From: Pseudobdellovibrionaceae bacterium
GTDB taxonomy: Bacteria; Bdellovibrionota; Bdellovibrionia; Bdellovibrionales; Bdellovibrionaceae
Direction of reading: 5' to 3'
Length of the DNA stretch: 29,469 nucleotides
NCBI GenBank assembly: GCA_039810425.1
Contig: JBDHWW010000037.1
Span: 1-29,469 of the forward strand
Each line of letters begins with the position of its first letter. Positions within the stretch are counted from its first letter, which is position 1. A model generated the notes under the pieces. That model was not told the DNA's origin. It ran no database searches and worked only from the letters and a program-made list of their open reading frames with translations. Positions 1-8,424 of this stretch are shown piece after piece. The translations under genes and the position numbers were made by a program.

Positions 1-21
1 GTCCGCCCCCATTCCCCGGGA

Positions 22-48
22 AAAGACGGACCATCCGGGTCCGTCTTT
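22..48. terminator. Intrinsic terminator-like hairpin
   Basis: Perfect 11-bp stem AAAGACGGACC/GGTCCGTCTTT, 5-nt loop, A-run before and T-rich tail after; probably ends a + strand transcript entering from the left edge. Confidence 0.75.
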
Positions 49-62
49 ATTATCCCAATTAA

Positions 63-193
63 GCCTGGAACTCCTGACTAGTGCCTAGAACTCCTGATGC
101 CTCCCGCATCAGGAGTAGCGGGAGTTTGAGGGGAGAGCCCTCAACAGACAGGATGTCTGTTTGCAGTGACTTTGCGGCAAGAAAAAACTCCGC
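63..193. repeat. Structured intergenic element: 15-nt direct repeat plus stacked hairpins
   Basis: GCCTGGAACTCCTGA (63-77) and GCCTAGAACTCCTGA (83-97); perfect hairpin ACTCCTGATGC/GCATCAGGAGT (90-116); TTGAGGG/CCCTCAA (126-144); AACAGACA-GGA-TGTCTGTT (143-161); possible closing helix 118-127/185-193. Confidence 0.55.
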
Positions 194-347
194 ATTCTCC
201 ACCAAAGATCCCGCCCGCTTGGCACAAAACACCCCCTTCTAATAAACGGGGAGGCCTCAACTAGTAGCACAACTTGTGTTCAAACCTGAAAAAAGGTAAA
301 GCGGCCAGACATCAGCTCGGCTGTATTGCGTTTAACGAGATTATGGA

Positions 348-364
348 TGGGCACGCGCCCTGCA
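348..364 (+). promoter_or_regulatory. Putative sigma-54 (-24/-12) promoter
   Basis: TGGGCACGCGCCCTGCA has exact GG-N10-GC spacing with GGCACG and TGCA, 30 nt before ATG 395. Confidence 0.6.
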
Positions 365-394
365 ATGCCACCTCACAGGATCAAAGAGGTGCTT

Positions 395-973
395 ATGAAC
401 GCGTTATTAAACAACACTGCATTTTTAGTACTCACACTTTTCGCAGTTGCCGCCGGTGCGCAACAACGGTCTTCTATGGAGCTGACTTGCCGTGCGAAAG
501 CCAAAGAAATTGCAGCACAAACTTATTCAAGCTGCGTGACAGAAGCTCGCAACACTCAAATTGATCTCATCCGTAAAGACTATCAAAAACAACTGGCGGA
601 TTTGAAAGCCAAATACGACCGCGAACTGAGAAAAGTCGGCGGTAAATCCACCACCACCCCTCAGGGCCCAGAGGCCTCGGCTCTGAAGAGCACTCCTTCG
701 GTTGCGACTGCCGTTTCTAAGGGAGCAGCCCCTAAACCAACAAAAGGCATTGCAAAAACCCTTCCTACTCGTAAAGAGATGAAGCCCACAGCCGCCCCGG
801 TTGTTCAAGAGATCAAAGAAGACACTGTGGTTGCCTCTCCTGATAGCGGGACGACAGTAATTGAAAGCCAACCGACTCAAAATGACGCCAATGGCGAAAT
901 GCATCTAGAGCTCGTTCCCGCTCCAGCTTCGTCTGATAACAGTACAGCCTCTACGGTCGACCAAACATATTAG
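395..973 (+). CDS. Secreted hypothetical protein (signal peptide, Cys pair, coiled coil, P/T/A-rich tail)
   Basis: ORF 326..973 re-started at ATG 395 behind RBS GAGGTG (386-391); hydrophobic N-terminus ending AGA|QQ. Confidence 0.75.
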   Translation: MNALLNNTAFLVLTLFAVAAGAQQRSSMELTCRAKAKEIAAQTYSSCVTEARNTQIDLIRKDYQKQLADLKAKYDRELRKVGGKSTTTPQGPEASALKSTPSVATAVSKGAAPKPTKGIAKTLPTRKEMKPTAAPVVQEIKEDTVVASPDSGTTVIESQPTQNDANGEMHLELVPAPASSDNSTASTVDQTY

Positions 974-1047
974 TTTTCTTTAATTTGGTGACAAAAACAC
1001 GCCCACATCATATATAATGGACCTCAGATCCTACAGGGAGGTCCTTA

Positions 1048-1305
1048 ATGGGTGAGTTTAGCCTTACACATCTTTTACTATTGGCTGTAATCTTTTTGAT
1101 CTTCTTCGGCCCTAGCCGCTTGCCTCAATTGGGACAATCCCTCGGTAAAGCTATTCGCGGGTTCAAAACCGGATTGAACGAAATCGACGTGGATGCAAAA
1201 GACATCCACGACAATACAAAGTCAAACGAACAGATTTCTCAAAATCAATCTCAAGGCATGAACTCTCAAAAAGTTGAAACTCCGGAGACTCAAAAGAAGT
1301 CTTAA
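1048..1305 (+). CDS. tatA: Twin-arginine translocase TatA/TatE subunit
   Basis: N-terminal TM helix, FGPSRLP hinge, amphipathic LGQSLGKAIRGFK; RBS GGAGG; TATAAT at 1013-1018. Confidence 0.93.
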   Translation: MGEFSLTHLLLLAVIFLIFFGPSRLPQLGQSLGKAIRGFKTGLNEIDVDAKDIHDNTKSNEQISQNQSQGMNSQKVETPETQKKS

Positions 1306-1327
1306 TTTTTTAGTTTTTTGTAATTCC

Positions 1328-1362
1328 AAAAGAGGAAGCCTAAAAAGCTTCCTCTTTTTTTT
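1328..1362 (+). terminator. Rho-independent terminator after tatA
   Basis: AAAAGAGGAAGC/GCTTCCTCTTTT stem followed by a T-run. Confidence 0.9.
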
Positions 1363-1455
1363 GCCATTACAATTTACAATATGGAAGATTTTTCAAATTT
1401 CGCAAGCTGATAGGCACAGAACCACCCTTCAATCCCATTTTAAGCACTCATAGGG

Positions 1456-1471
1456 TGGCCCCCTTTTTGCA
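1456..1471 (+). promoter_or_regulatory. Putative sigma-54 (-24/-12) promoter
   Basis: TGGCCCCCTTTTTGCA = TGGC-N7-TTGCA with GG-N10-GC spacing, about 40 nt before ATG 1511. Confidence 0.65.
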
Positions 1472-1510
1472 ATTGCCCTCGTCTGAATATAACAATGTTA
1501 AGGAGAACCC

Positions 1511-2005
1511 ATGGTTAAAGCATTTCTCGCAACAGCGATTTTAATGACGAGCGTTTCTGGCTTTGCAGCCACTTCTATCAATGACTTCGTTGGCACTTAC
1601 CAACTGGCGGATCAAAAAGCCGAAGGTGATGCTTTTTGCTTTCAACAAATCACAATTAGCCGAGAAAACGATGGTACTATCGGCGTCTACCGCGAAAACA
1701 CTTCTTATGGCCCATTGATCAGCGCGGAGCTCAACGGCAGCCCACGCAAGAGCAGCGGCTCCCACGGCGAAGCCATGAGCAGCCGCAAAGGTAAAGACAC
1801 GGTCACATTAAAAAACAATATTCTGACATTTGAATATAGCGGAACAACAAGCATGCTGGGTGTTCCCGTCAGCCGCGAATCCGACACGATTTCCGCGAAA
1901 CTCGCTCAAGGTGGAAAAGCTTTGGCAGTGACTCGCACAACTTCCGAAGGCCCTATCGTCGGCTTTGGCAAAAACAGCAAAGCTCTCTGCGCCTATACAA
2001 GATAA
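1511..2005 (+). CDS. Secreted hypothetical protein, probably beta-rich, two Cys
   Basis: RBS AAGGAG; Sec signal MVKAFLATAILMTSVSGFA|A; own terminator. Confidence 0.8.
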   Translation: MVKAFLATAILMTSVSGFAATSINDFVGTYQLADQKAEGDAFCFQQITISRENDGTIGVYRENTSYGPLISAELNGSPRKSSGSHGEAMSSRKGKDTVTLKNNILTFEYSGTTSMLGVPVSRESDTISAKLAQGGKALAVTRTTSEGPIVGFGKNSKALCAYTR

Positions 2006-2029
2006 TATAGAAAAGTATCTGAAAACCTC

Positions 2030-2058
2030 AAAGGAAGCCTTCGGGCTTCCTTTTTTTT
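2030..2058. terminator. Rho-independent terminator between convergent genes
   Basis: AAAGGAAGCC-TTCG-GGCTTCCTTT with a C(UUCG)G tetraloop and T8 tail. Confidence 0.92.
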
Positions 2059-2075
2059 CACAGGAAATGATTTTT

Positions 2076-2780
2076 CTAAATACTGAGCAGGCTGTCAGAG
2101 ATAATGCTATGGACGCCCATCGCGAAAAACTCCTTCGCGCGTTCGATATCATTTACCGTATACACGGCCATCTGATAACCAAGACTCAGGAATTTCTCAA
2201 CGCGTTCTTTGGAGGTCATCTTTTGATCCCAGTGCAAGAACTGCGCATCACAGAGCGGGAGAAGGCTCATCTGTTTTAAGAACCAATAGTTTTTCGGCTC
2301 GTCCTCTTCACTGACAAGCAGTGCCCGCGAGACTTCCGGAATGAAACCCTTCGCACGAATAAGACTCAACGGATTAAAGCTCGAAAACACCACGCGTTCA
2401 TCGGCCTTATATTTTTTAACCAGCTGACTCACGCGAATCTCAAGCGAGGGGTCCACTGTGGAATCGGTCTTCAATTCTATGTTCAAAAAATCAGGCACCT
2501 CTTTCGAGGCAAGAACTTGCTCCAGCGTGGTCAAATTCGGAGCAAAAACCCTCGCTTGCTCCAGAGTTAAGGCCTTCATATCCACCGGTGCTTTGTGCAG
2601 GCGTTTCAGATTCACATCATGATAGAGCACTGGCACATAGTCACGGGTCAGGCGGACATCAAACTCCACCATTTGACTGCCGTGTTTTTTGGCGGCTTTT
2701 AAAGACTCCAGGGTATTTTCTGTGATCCCTTCCGCCCAATATCCGCGGTGGGTTTGAAATTTCTTTTCTAATAACATCAT
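2076..2780 (-). CDS. Glycerophosphodiester phosphodiesterase (GDPD; UgpQ/GlpQ family)
   Basis: HRG..ENT, VEFDV, HD, IELK, SSF, YTVN and ISD motifs. Confidence 0.92.
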   Translation of the reverse strand: MMLLEKKFQTHRGYWAEGITENTLESLKAAKKHGSQMVEFDVRLTRDYVPVLYHDVNLKRLHKAPVDMKALTLEQARVFAPNLTTLEQVLASKEVPDFLNIELKTDSTVDPSLEIRVSQLVKKYKADERVVFSSFNPLSLIRAKGFIPEVSRALLVSEEDEPKNYWFLKQMSLLPLCDAQFLHWDQKMTSKERVEKFLSLGYQMAVYTVNDIERAKEFFAMGVHSIISDSLLSI

Positions 2781-2782
2781 GA

Positions 2783-4780
2783 CTATTTTTTCTTCTTGGT
2801 TAAATCCACAGGTGTAAACACCGGGTTATCACGTTTCCCACTCAGGAGCCACTTGTGCGCCGCCTTTCCGACCTGTGACTGCACTTGGCCTGACAAAACA
2901 CCATCCGCGCTCCATTCCCCTTCGGAACTCAAGCGTCCGCCTTTGTCCAAATGGGCCGAAAAGTTCTTCCAGCCTAGCACGTTAAAGCTTTGCGCGTGAA
3001 ACTGAGAAGCCAGCCCCTTCATTTGCAGCTTTCCTTCGCTCATCCAATCCGGCTCAATCAGGTTTTTCAAAATTTGGAACGCGGGCGACCCGACAGAGAT
3101 CGCCATCTTCTGAATTTGCGCTTGGGACTGAATTTCCCCACCAGCATAGGCGACACTAAAGCGCGCTTTTTCAAACGCAACACCTTCCACGGCGGCCGAT
3201 TCAGAGTTAAGCACACCCTTGACGCTATTCATTTTTCCTTCTTGAAATTTCATGTTCAAATCACCGCTGATGGCACCCACCTGGCCTCCGGCCGTCATCA
3301 GGCGCACAACATTCGGTGACAAGCGAATTTCATTGGCTTTGGCCTTCACTTCCACCGTTTGAAAATCGCGATTGGCTGCCAGCTGCAATTGGCCGTCAAA
3401 CACACCCTGATCCGGCAAGAAGCGCGATACTTTCACGTTCCATTGATCTTTATCCAGCGATACATCCGCTGCAATCTCGCGCAGAATCTGCATCTCGCGC
3501 TGACCCTTATTCGAGAAAATAAACTCGAGCCCTCGGTGCACGCCCGAGAGTTTCAAATGGTCCTGATCCGTAATCTCTGCCGTACCGTCAAAACTCCCCA
3601 ACTGTCCCAGAATCAATGCCGGATGCGGCCTATTCATCAGCGCAAAGAGCTTGTCCCCATTCAAATGGTGAATAGCGACGGTGAAGGGGAAGTACTTCAT
3701 CGGCGCCAGTGAAGTCACTCGAATCTCGTCGACTTTCAAGTCTCCGAGATCCCCTTCCAAACGGATGTCTTTAACTTGCATCTGCGCGGTTTTAAAATTC
3801 GACTTTGCAATTGTTGACTGGGCATTCAGCGACACCCACACCTGGCGGCCATTGAGGTCCTCTTTGAGCCACTGGAACTTTCTCATGACTTGAAAAACTT
3901 GGCTGAGCGGAATGTGTTTCAAATCCAATTCTGTTGCAAGCTCCTCTTCTTTCATGCCGTAGTTGGCTTTGATTTGGTAGCTGCCTTCGCGCCAGTTGCC
4001 GGACAAGCGCCCCTGCAAGCTTGCGCGTGGGAACTCGCTGTACTCGCCCCACACGGTTGCGTGCGAGAGATAATCACCAACAAGTTCATCACGCATCAAA
4101 TGCGTTTTTGCCGTCATTTCAACAACACGCGGAGAATTGGATTTTAAACGAATAGCGAGGGAGTTCAAATCAAGCGGCTCCACCAAATTCGGTGCAAAGA
4201 TCTTCAGTTGATCAACTAAAATAGCCCGGACCTGGGGTGCGCTTGAAGACGGGTCACTTTTAGGGGCTGAGGCGTTGTCTTTCAAAGTGACAAAGCGTTT
4301 GATTTGCGGAGTTTCGTTTTTCTTTTCTTCTGTGGAGTTTTCGCAGTTCTTATACATACTCCGCAAATTGACATTCACCTGACCGGCTTCGACCTGGGTC
4401 ACCGGGTTTTCACCTTGAAGGATCGACCAAAACGAAAGCGGCAAGCGGATTTCATCGGCCGTGAGTTCGGGCCGCATCCAGCACTCGTTATCAGATTCCA
4501 TTTTCACTTTTGTGATGAGGACCGCGAATCGCGGTAAAAGGCCGCGGGCAAGGCTGATTTGCGCGCCCTCAAACTCCACTTGCACATCTTTGTGCATGCG
4601 GCTGGCGGCGGATTCGACCATGGACTTTACTTTGCTGGGCGCAATCAGGCCGCGAATGCCCAGGCCCAAAACAATGGCGAGTAAAACGCCACTGAACAGA
4701 ACAAAACGACCCGGCTGTTCAGCAATCAGGTTTTTATCGTCTTCAGAATATCGAGGAGTTCGCGGCCCAGCCATCATCAC
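2783..4780 (-). CDS. Membrane-anchored AsmA-like hypothetical protein
   Basis: 665-aa ORF with one N-terminal TM helix followed by long alternating beta-strand patterns; the family call is inference. Confidence 0.55.
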   Translation of the reverse strand: MMMAGPRTPRYSEDDKNLIAEQPGRFVLFSGVLLAIVLGLGIRGLIAPSKVKSMVESAASRMHKDVQVEFEGAQISLARGLLPRFAVLITKVKMESDNECWMRPELTADEIRLPLSFWSILQGENPVTQVEAGQVNVNLRSMYKNCENSTEEKKNETPQIKRFVTLKDNASAPKSDPSSSAPQVRAILVDQLKIFAPNLVEPLDLNSLAIRLKSNSPRVVEMTAKTHLMRDELVGDYLSHATVWGEYSEFPRASLQGRLSGNWREGSYQIKANYGMKEEELATELDLKHIPLSQVFQVMRKFQWLKEDLNGRQVWVSLNAQSTIAKSNFKTAQMQVKDIRLEGDLGDLKVDEIRVTSLAPMKYFPFTVAIHHLNGDKLFALMNRPHPALILGQLGSFDGTAEITDQDHLKLSGVHRGLEFIFSNKGQREMQILREIAADVSLDKDQWNVKVSRFLPDQGVFDGQLQLAANRDFQTVEVKAKANEIRLSPNVVRLMTAGGQVGAISGDLNMKFQEGKMNSVKGVLNSESAAVEGVAFEKARFSVAYAGGEIQSQAQIQKMAISVGSPAFQILKNLIEPDWMSEGKLQMKGLASQFHAQSFNVLGWKNFSAHLDKGGRLSSEGEWSADGVLSGQVQSQVGKAAHKWLLSGKRDNPVFTPVDLTKKKK

Positions 4781-4859
4781 TTCATTTTGACGGAGCTTCG
4801 GCGGGCCGACAACGAGAATTCAAACTTTTTGGACTCCTTATTCGGACTCGGGAGCCAAA

Positions 4860-5336
4860 CTATTTAAATTCAAATGAAAGGATTTCGTAATCTTTGTCGC
4901 CCTTAGGGCTTTGTACGAGGACGGAATCCCCGGCTTTTTTACCGATCAAAGCACGGGCGAGTGGCGACAAGATCGAAATCATCCCTTGTTTTACGTCAGC
5001 CTCATCCACACCCACGATTTGGTAGGTGGATTCTTCCTCAGTCTCTTCATCAACAATCGTCACAAAAGCGCCGAACACGATACGGTCTGATTTGATTTCC
5101 GCTGGATTGATGATTTCTGCACCGGCAATTTTGCCTTGAATTTCAGCAATACGCCCCTCAATCATCGCCTGACGCTCTTTAGCAGCATCGTACTGAGAGT
5201 TCTCACTGAGATCGCCGTGGGCACGAGCCTCTTCTATGGCGCGGATAACATCAGGACGCTCTTCAACCAACAGTCTTTTTAGTTCTGCATCAAGAAGTGC
5301 TTTCCCTCGAATAGTCATCGGTAATGTATCAGCCAT
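4860..5336 (-). CDS. greA: Transcription elongation factor GreA
   Basis: ARAHGDLSENSQYDAAKE and ISILSPLARALIGK; RBS AGGAG. Confidence 0.97.
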   Translation of the reverse strand: MADTLPMTIRGKALLDAELKRLLVEERPDVIRAIEEARAHGDLSENSQYDAAKERQAMIEGRIAEIQGKIAGAEIINPAEIKSDRIVFGAFVTIVDEETEEESTYQIVGVDEADVKQGMISILSPLARALIGKKAGDSVLVQSPKGDKDYEILSFEFK

Positions 5337-5461
5337 GGACTTTAACTCCTTTTAAAAAACGAGAGCCAGAGTTCTACTCAAAATAGGCCTAAACAGCAAG
5401 AAATTAGTGCTGCGCAGCAGGCTATGCTGTCCAGTTCTGACCTAGACTGGGCACAGCAAGG

Positions 5462-5490
5462 GTGACCCCGAGGGCTATCCCCTTTAAAAT
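5462..5490 (+). promoter_or_regulatory. Putative sigma-70 promoter of the DHH operon
   Basis: GTGACC-N17-TAAAAT; supports a GTG start at 5519. Confidence 0.5.
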
Positions 5491-5518
5491 AGGGCTTATT
5501 TCAAAAGAAGGACCCTCT

Positions 5519-6502
5519 GTGTCAACTGTAGCGGAGCTCATTAAAAAATCGCAAAAAATCATCCTTTCGACCCATCGTCAGTGTGATGGAGACGGCCTTG
5601 GCGCCGAGTTGGCCCTGTACTATGCGCTGAAAAAAATCGGCAAGGACGCGAAGATCGTAAATGTCGATAGCACCCCCCGCAAATACCGTTTTCTGGGGTC
5701 TGACAAAGTTATCGCTCTTTTCCAGAACAACCCGGTCATGGACCTTACGGCCGAGCTCTGTCTGATCTTTGATACCAACGACGAGCGCCTGCTTGAACCC
5801 TTGTTTTCAGGGCTCAAAAAGAGTGTTGGGAAAATTGTCTTCATCGACCACCACCCGGTTTTAACAAATGGCCCCCAACCCACCGCGGAATCGCATATCG
5901 ATGTCACGGCGGCCTCAACCGGCGAGCTGGCCTACAACATTATTCAAGAGCTCGGAATTGAGCTTGATAGCAACATCGCCCGCGCCCTTTATACCAGCAT
6001 CACTTTTGATACCCAGCTTTACCGCTATATCCGTAGCTCACCAAAGTCGCACCTTATCGCTGCGGAACTGCTGACCCATTCTTTTGACCCGCAAGAAGTT
6101 CATCGCGCCCTTTTCGGTAATCAAACGGTACAGAAAATGGCGTTTTTAGCAAAAGCCCTCGGTCAAATTGAGTACTTCTGCCACGGACGGCTGGCGGTGC
6201 TGCGTTTGCGTGATGCGGACTTACTCGCCCACAATCTCGAGCCCGATGAAGCCCGCGATATCATTGATATGGTCATGAATATTGAAAGCCTCGAAGCCTC
6301 TGTGATCTTCCGTGAGGACGCCGAAAATGAGTACAAACTCAGCCTGCGTAGCAAAGGAAAGATCGAGGTTCTCTCAACCGCAGAGAGCTTTGGCGGCGGC
6401 GGCCACACCCATGCCTCCGGCGCTTTCATCAAAGGGAATTATATAGACTTAAAAGATAAAGTTGTGAAAGATCTGACAAAGAAGATTTCGCAAATTGGTT
6501 GA
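5519..6502 (+). CDS. nrnA: DHH/DHHA1 phosphoesterase (NrnA-like oligoribonuclease/pAp phosphatase)
   Basis: H..DGD, D, DHH, DT, SLRS and GGGHTHASG motifs; start moved to GTG 5519 (RBS AAGGA). Confidence 0.85.
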   Translation: MSTVAELIKKSQKIILSTHRQCDGDGLGAELALYYALKKIGKDAKIVNVDSTPRKYRFLGSDKVIALFQNNPVMDLTAELCLIFDTNDERLLEPLFSGLKKSVGKIVFIDHHPVLTNGPQPTAESHIDVTAASTGELAYNIIQELGIELDSNIARALYTSITFDTQLYRYIRSSPKSHLIAAELLTHSFDPQEVHRALFGNQTVQKMAFLAKALGQIEYFCHGRLAVLRLRDADLLAHNLEPDEARDIIDMVMNIESLEASVIFREDAENEYKLSLRSKGKIEVLSTAESFGGGGHTHASGAFIKGNYIDLKDKVVKDLTKKISQIG

Positions 6503-6523
6503 TAACAGGAACGCCCTTTAGCG

Positions 6524-6808
6524 ATGCAAAGAAAGAAACGCGCCGAAATTATTTGCCGATGCAACAACGTCTCTCGTGATGTGATTGAGGACGCGATTGC
6601 CAATGGAGGTTGCGATACCCTGAACAAGATCTTCGACCAAACCATGGCAGGCGTCGGCCCCTGCGGTGGCTCGTGCCGACGCAAGCTCGGCCCCCTGCTG
6701 GATCACTATCTTAAAACCGGAACATTTCCCGAGAAGATCGTCGAAGACACGACTGGCAAAGCCCCGGCTCCGACGGGCGGCAAGAATGAAACCGGCGGAG
6801 AATCTTAA
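6524..6808 (+). CDS. BFD-like [2Fe-2S]-binding protein
   Basis: CRCNNV...GVGPCGGSC cysteine pattern; TAA/ATG overlap with pcp. Confidence 0.85.
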   Translation: MQRKKRAEIICRCNNVSRDVIEDAIANGGCDTLNKIFDQTMAGVGPCGGSCRRKLGPLLDHYLKTGTFPEKIVEDTTGKAPAPTGGKNETGGES

Positions 6809-7434
6809 TGGCACGCATTTTAGTCACGGGCTTTCGGCCTTTTCTTCACCACAGCATTAATTCTTCTGAGCGCGTTTTGACAGCGCTGGCAAAAGAACGC
6901 AAAGACATCGAAGCCGTTTTCCTCCCGGTCAGTTTTCAGAACTCCTTCATTGAACTAAAAAAACACCTGAGCCAAAATCTTCCCTACGACTTTGTCATCA
7001 TGCTGGGGCAAGCCAACGGTCGTGCCGTGGTTTCACTAGAGCGCGTGGCTCTCAATTGGATGGAAAGTAAAAATCCTGACAACGACGGCCAGTGCCCAGC
7101 GAGCGGCAGAATTCTGCCGGGCGCCCCGGACTCCTACTTGGTCGACTTCTTCCCATCAGCGTGGCGGGAGATTCTTTCCTCGGTTGGCAGTGAGGCCGAA
7201 GGGCTCGAATATCCAACCAAGCTCGCCGAAGTATCTCTGACGGCAGGCGCCTATGTTTGCAATAATTTATATTTTAAAATGGTCCATGAGTGGCACGGTT
7301 CAAAAACCCAGCCTTTATTCGTTCACCTGCCCCTGCTGCCTGAGCAGATTGATGAAAATCCAGGATCGCCGTCGATGAAACTGACGACTCAAGTGAAAAT
7401 CATCAATGAACTTTTAAACCTATTGACGGCTTAG
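6808..7434 (+). CDS. pcp: Pyroglutamyl-peptidase I (peptidase C15)
   Basis: LVTGFRPF, GQA, LERVALN (Glu), AGAYVCN (Cys), FVHLP (His). Confidence 0.93.
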   Translation: MARILVTGFRPFLHHSINSSERVLTALAKERKDIEAVFLPVSFQNSFIELKKHLSQNLPYDFVIMLGQANGRAVVSLERVALNWMESKNPDNDGQCPASGRILPGAPDSYLVDFFPSAWREILSSVGSEAEGLEYPTKLAEVSLTAGAYVCNNLYFKMVHEWHGSKTQPLFVHLPLLPEQIDENPGSPSMKLTTQVKIINELLNLLTA

Positions 7435-7477
7435 TTAGAGGAGCTCTCCAAAGCCCTTGGGGAAGCAGCGCCGCCTG

Positions 7478-7939
7478 TTAAGCGCTTTTCTTAGCGGGGA
7501 CCACGACCGTGCCGCCGTTCAGGCGGTAATCAATCATCTTTTGCACGTCAGGCCTGCAAGTCCCGCAGTTCGTGCTGGCATTGGTTTGGCGGCTCACAGA
7601 AGTCGTTGTATGGGCGCCCGCCACGATCGCCTGATCGATCGTTTGGCAAGAAACCCCCCGGCAATGGCAAACCTCTGCTTCCTTGTAGGGATAATTCCAC
7701 TCACCGCGAAGTCTAAGAATCAACTCGCGCAAAAGGATCTCAGAATGGCTCGTGCCGTTTGGAACAGGCCACTGCTGAATGTCGGCGCCGAAACTCTTAC
7801 GCATGGATTGCATAAGGCTCATCATCTCCGTGCAACCACGGAATTGAACTTTCGGGGTCGTTCCTGCCATATTGACTTCAATACGGTCGCGACCTTCGAG
7901 TCCAACACTGAAATTTCTGTTTTCACCTGGCGTCGACAT
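7478..7939 (-). CDS. Protein with a C-terminal BFD-like [2Fe-2S] domain
   Basis: VCHCRGV...ASTNCGTCRP; start set at ATG 7939 because a TAGAAT -10 box lies 8 nt upstream (the ORF track starts it at 7966). Confidence 0.8.
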   Translation of the reverse strand: MSTPGENRNFSVGLEGRDRIEVNMAGTTPKVQFRGCTEMMSLMQSMRKSFGADIQQWPVPNGTSHSEILLRELILRLRGEWNYPYKEAEVCHCRGVSCQTIDQAIVAGAHTTTSVSRQTNASTNCGTCRPDVQKMIDYRLNGGTVVVPAKKSA

Positions 7940-7983
7940 ATTGGTATATTCTATGCGAACCGGCATGAAGTGAAAGGCTAGGA

Positions 7984-8424
7984 ATGAAGTTTCTGATATT
8001 GAGCCGTCTTTCGACCCTTTACTCCACCCAGAGGTTGGTCCAGGAAATCCGTTTGCTCGGCCACGAAGCGGTGGTTGTAAAAGACTGCCTTTCCAGTCAG
8101 GGAGAAGGCGTTTTCTTATGCGGAACCCCGAACGAGCTCGTGCACTGTTTGATGAAACTGCAAGGCCGCGAAGTTCTGTTTCAAGAGTTTATTGCCGAAA
8201 GCCAGGGCCGGGACATCCGGGCCTTTATCATCGGTCAAAATGTCATCGCCAGCATGGGGCGTTCATCAGCAAACCCTTTACTAGAATTCCGCTCCCACCG
8301 TGTAGGTCTTATCCTTGAAGTCAATCCTTGCCCTGGGCTTGAAGGTATTGAAAACTGTAGTCAGAAGAATATCGCCAAGGAAGTTGTTTTCTATGCCGAA
8401 AGTCGCTACCGTACCCATTCTTAA
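7984..8424 (+). pseudogene. rimK: Internally deleted RimK-family ATP-grasp ligase
   Basis: Matches RimK in three blocks (MKFLILSR..LYS..RL..GH; VVK...QGEGV..QEFI.E.QG.DIR..FRS; LILEVN.CPGLEGIE) but is 146 aa against ~300; RIG, RDK, NLHRGG and GVD segments are absent. Confidence 0.85.

Noticed and set aside
124..133. GTTTGAGGGG identical to the tRNA-Leu anticodon-loop core, as a second att site
   Set aside because: One 10-mer match in 29 kb is plausible by chance, and the DNA between is core housekeeping
219..236. TTGGCAC as a sigma-54 promoter
   Set aside because: No GC at the -12 position
5408..5419. Perfect palindrome TGCTGCGCAGCA between divergent greA and nrnA
   Set aside because: Single occurrence with no recognisable regulator motif; not enough support
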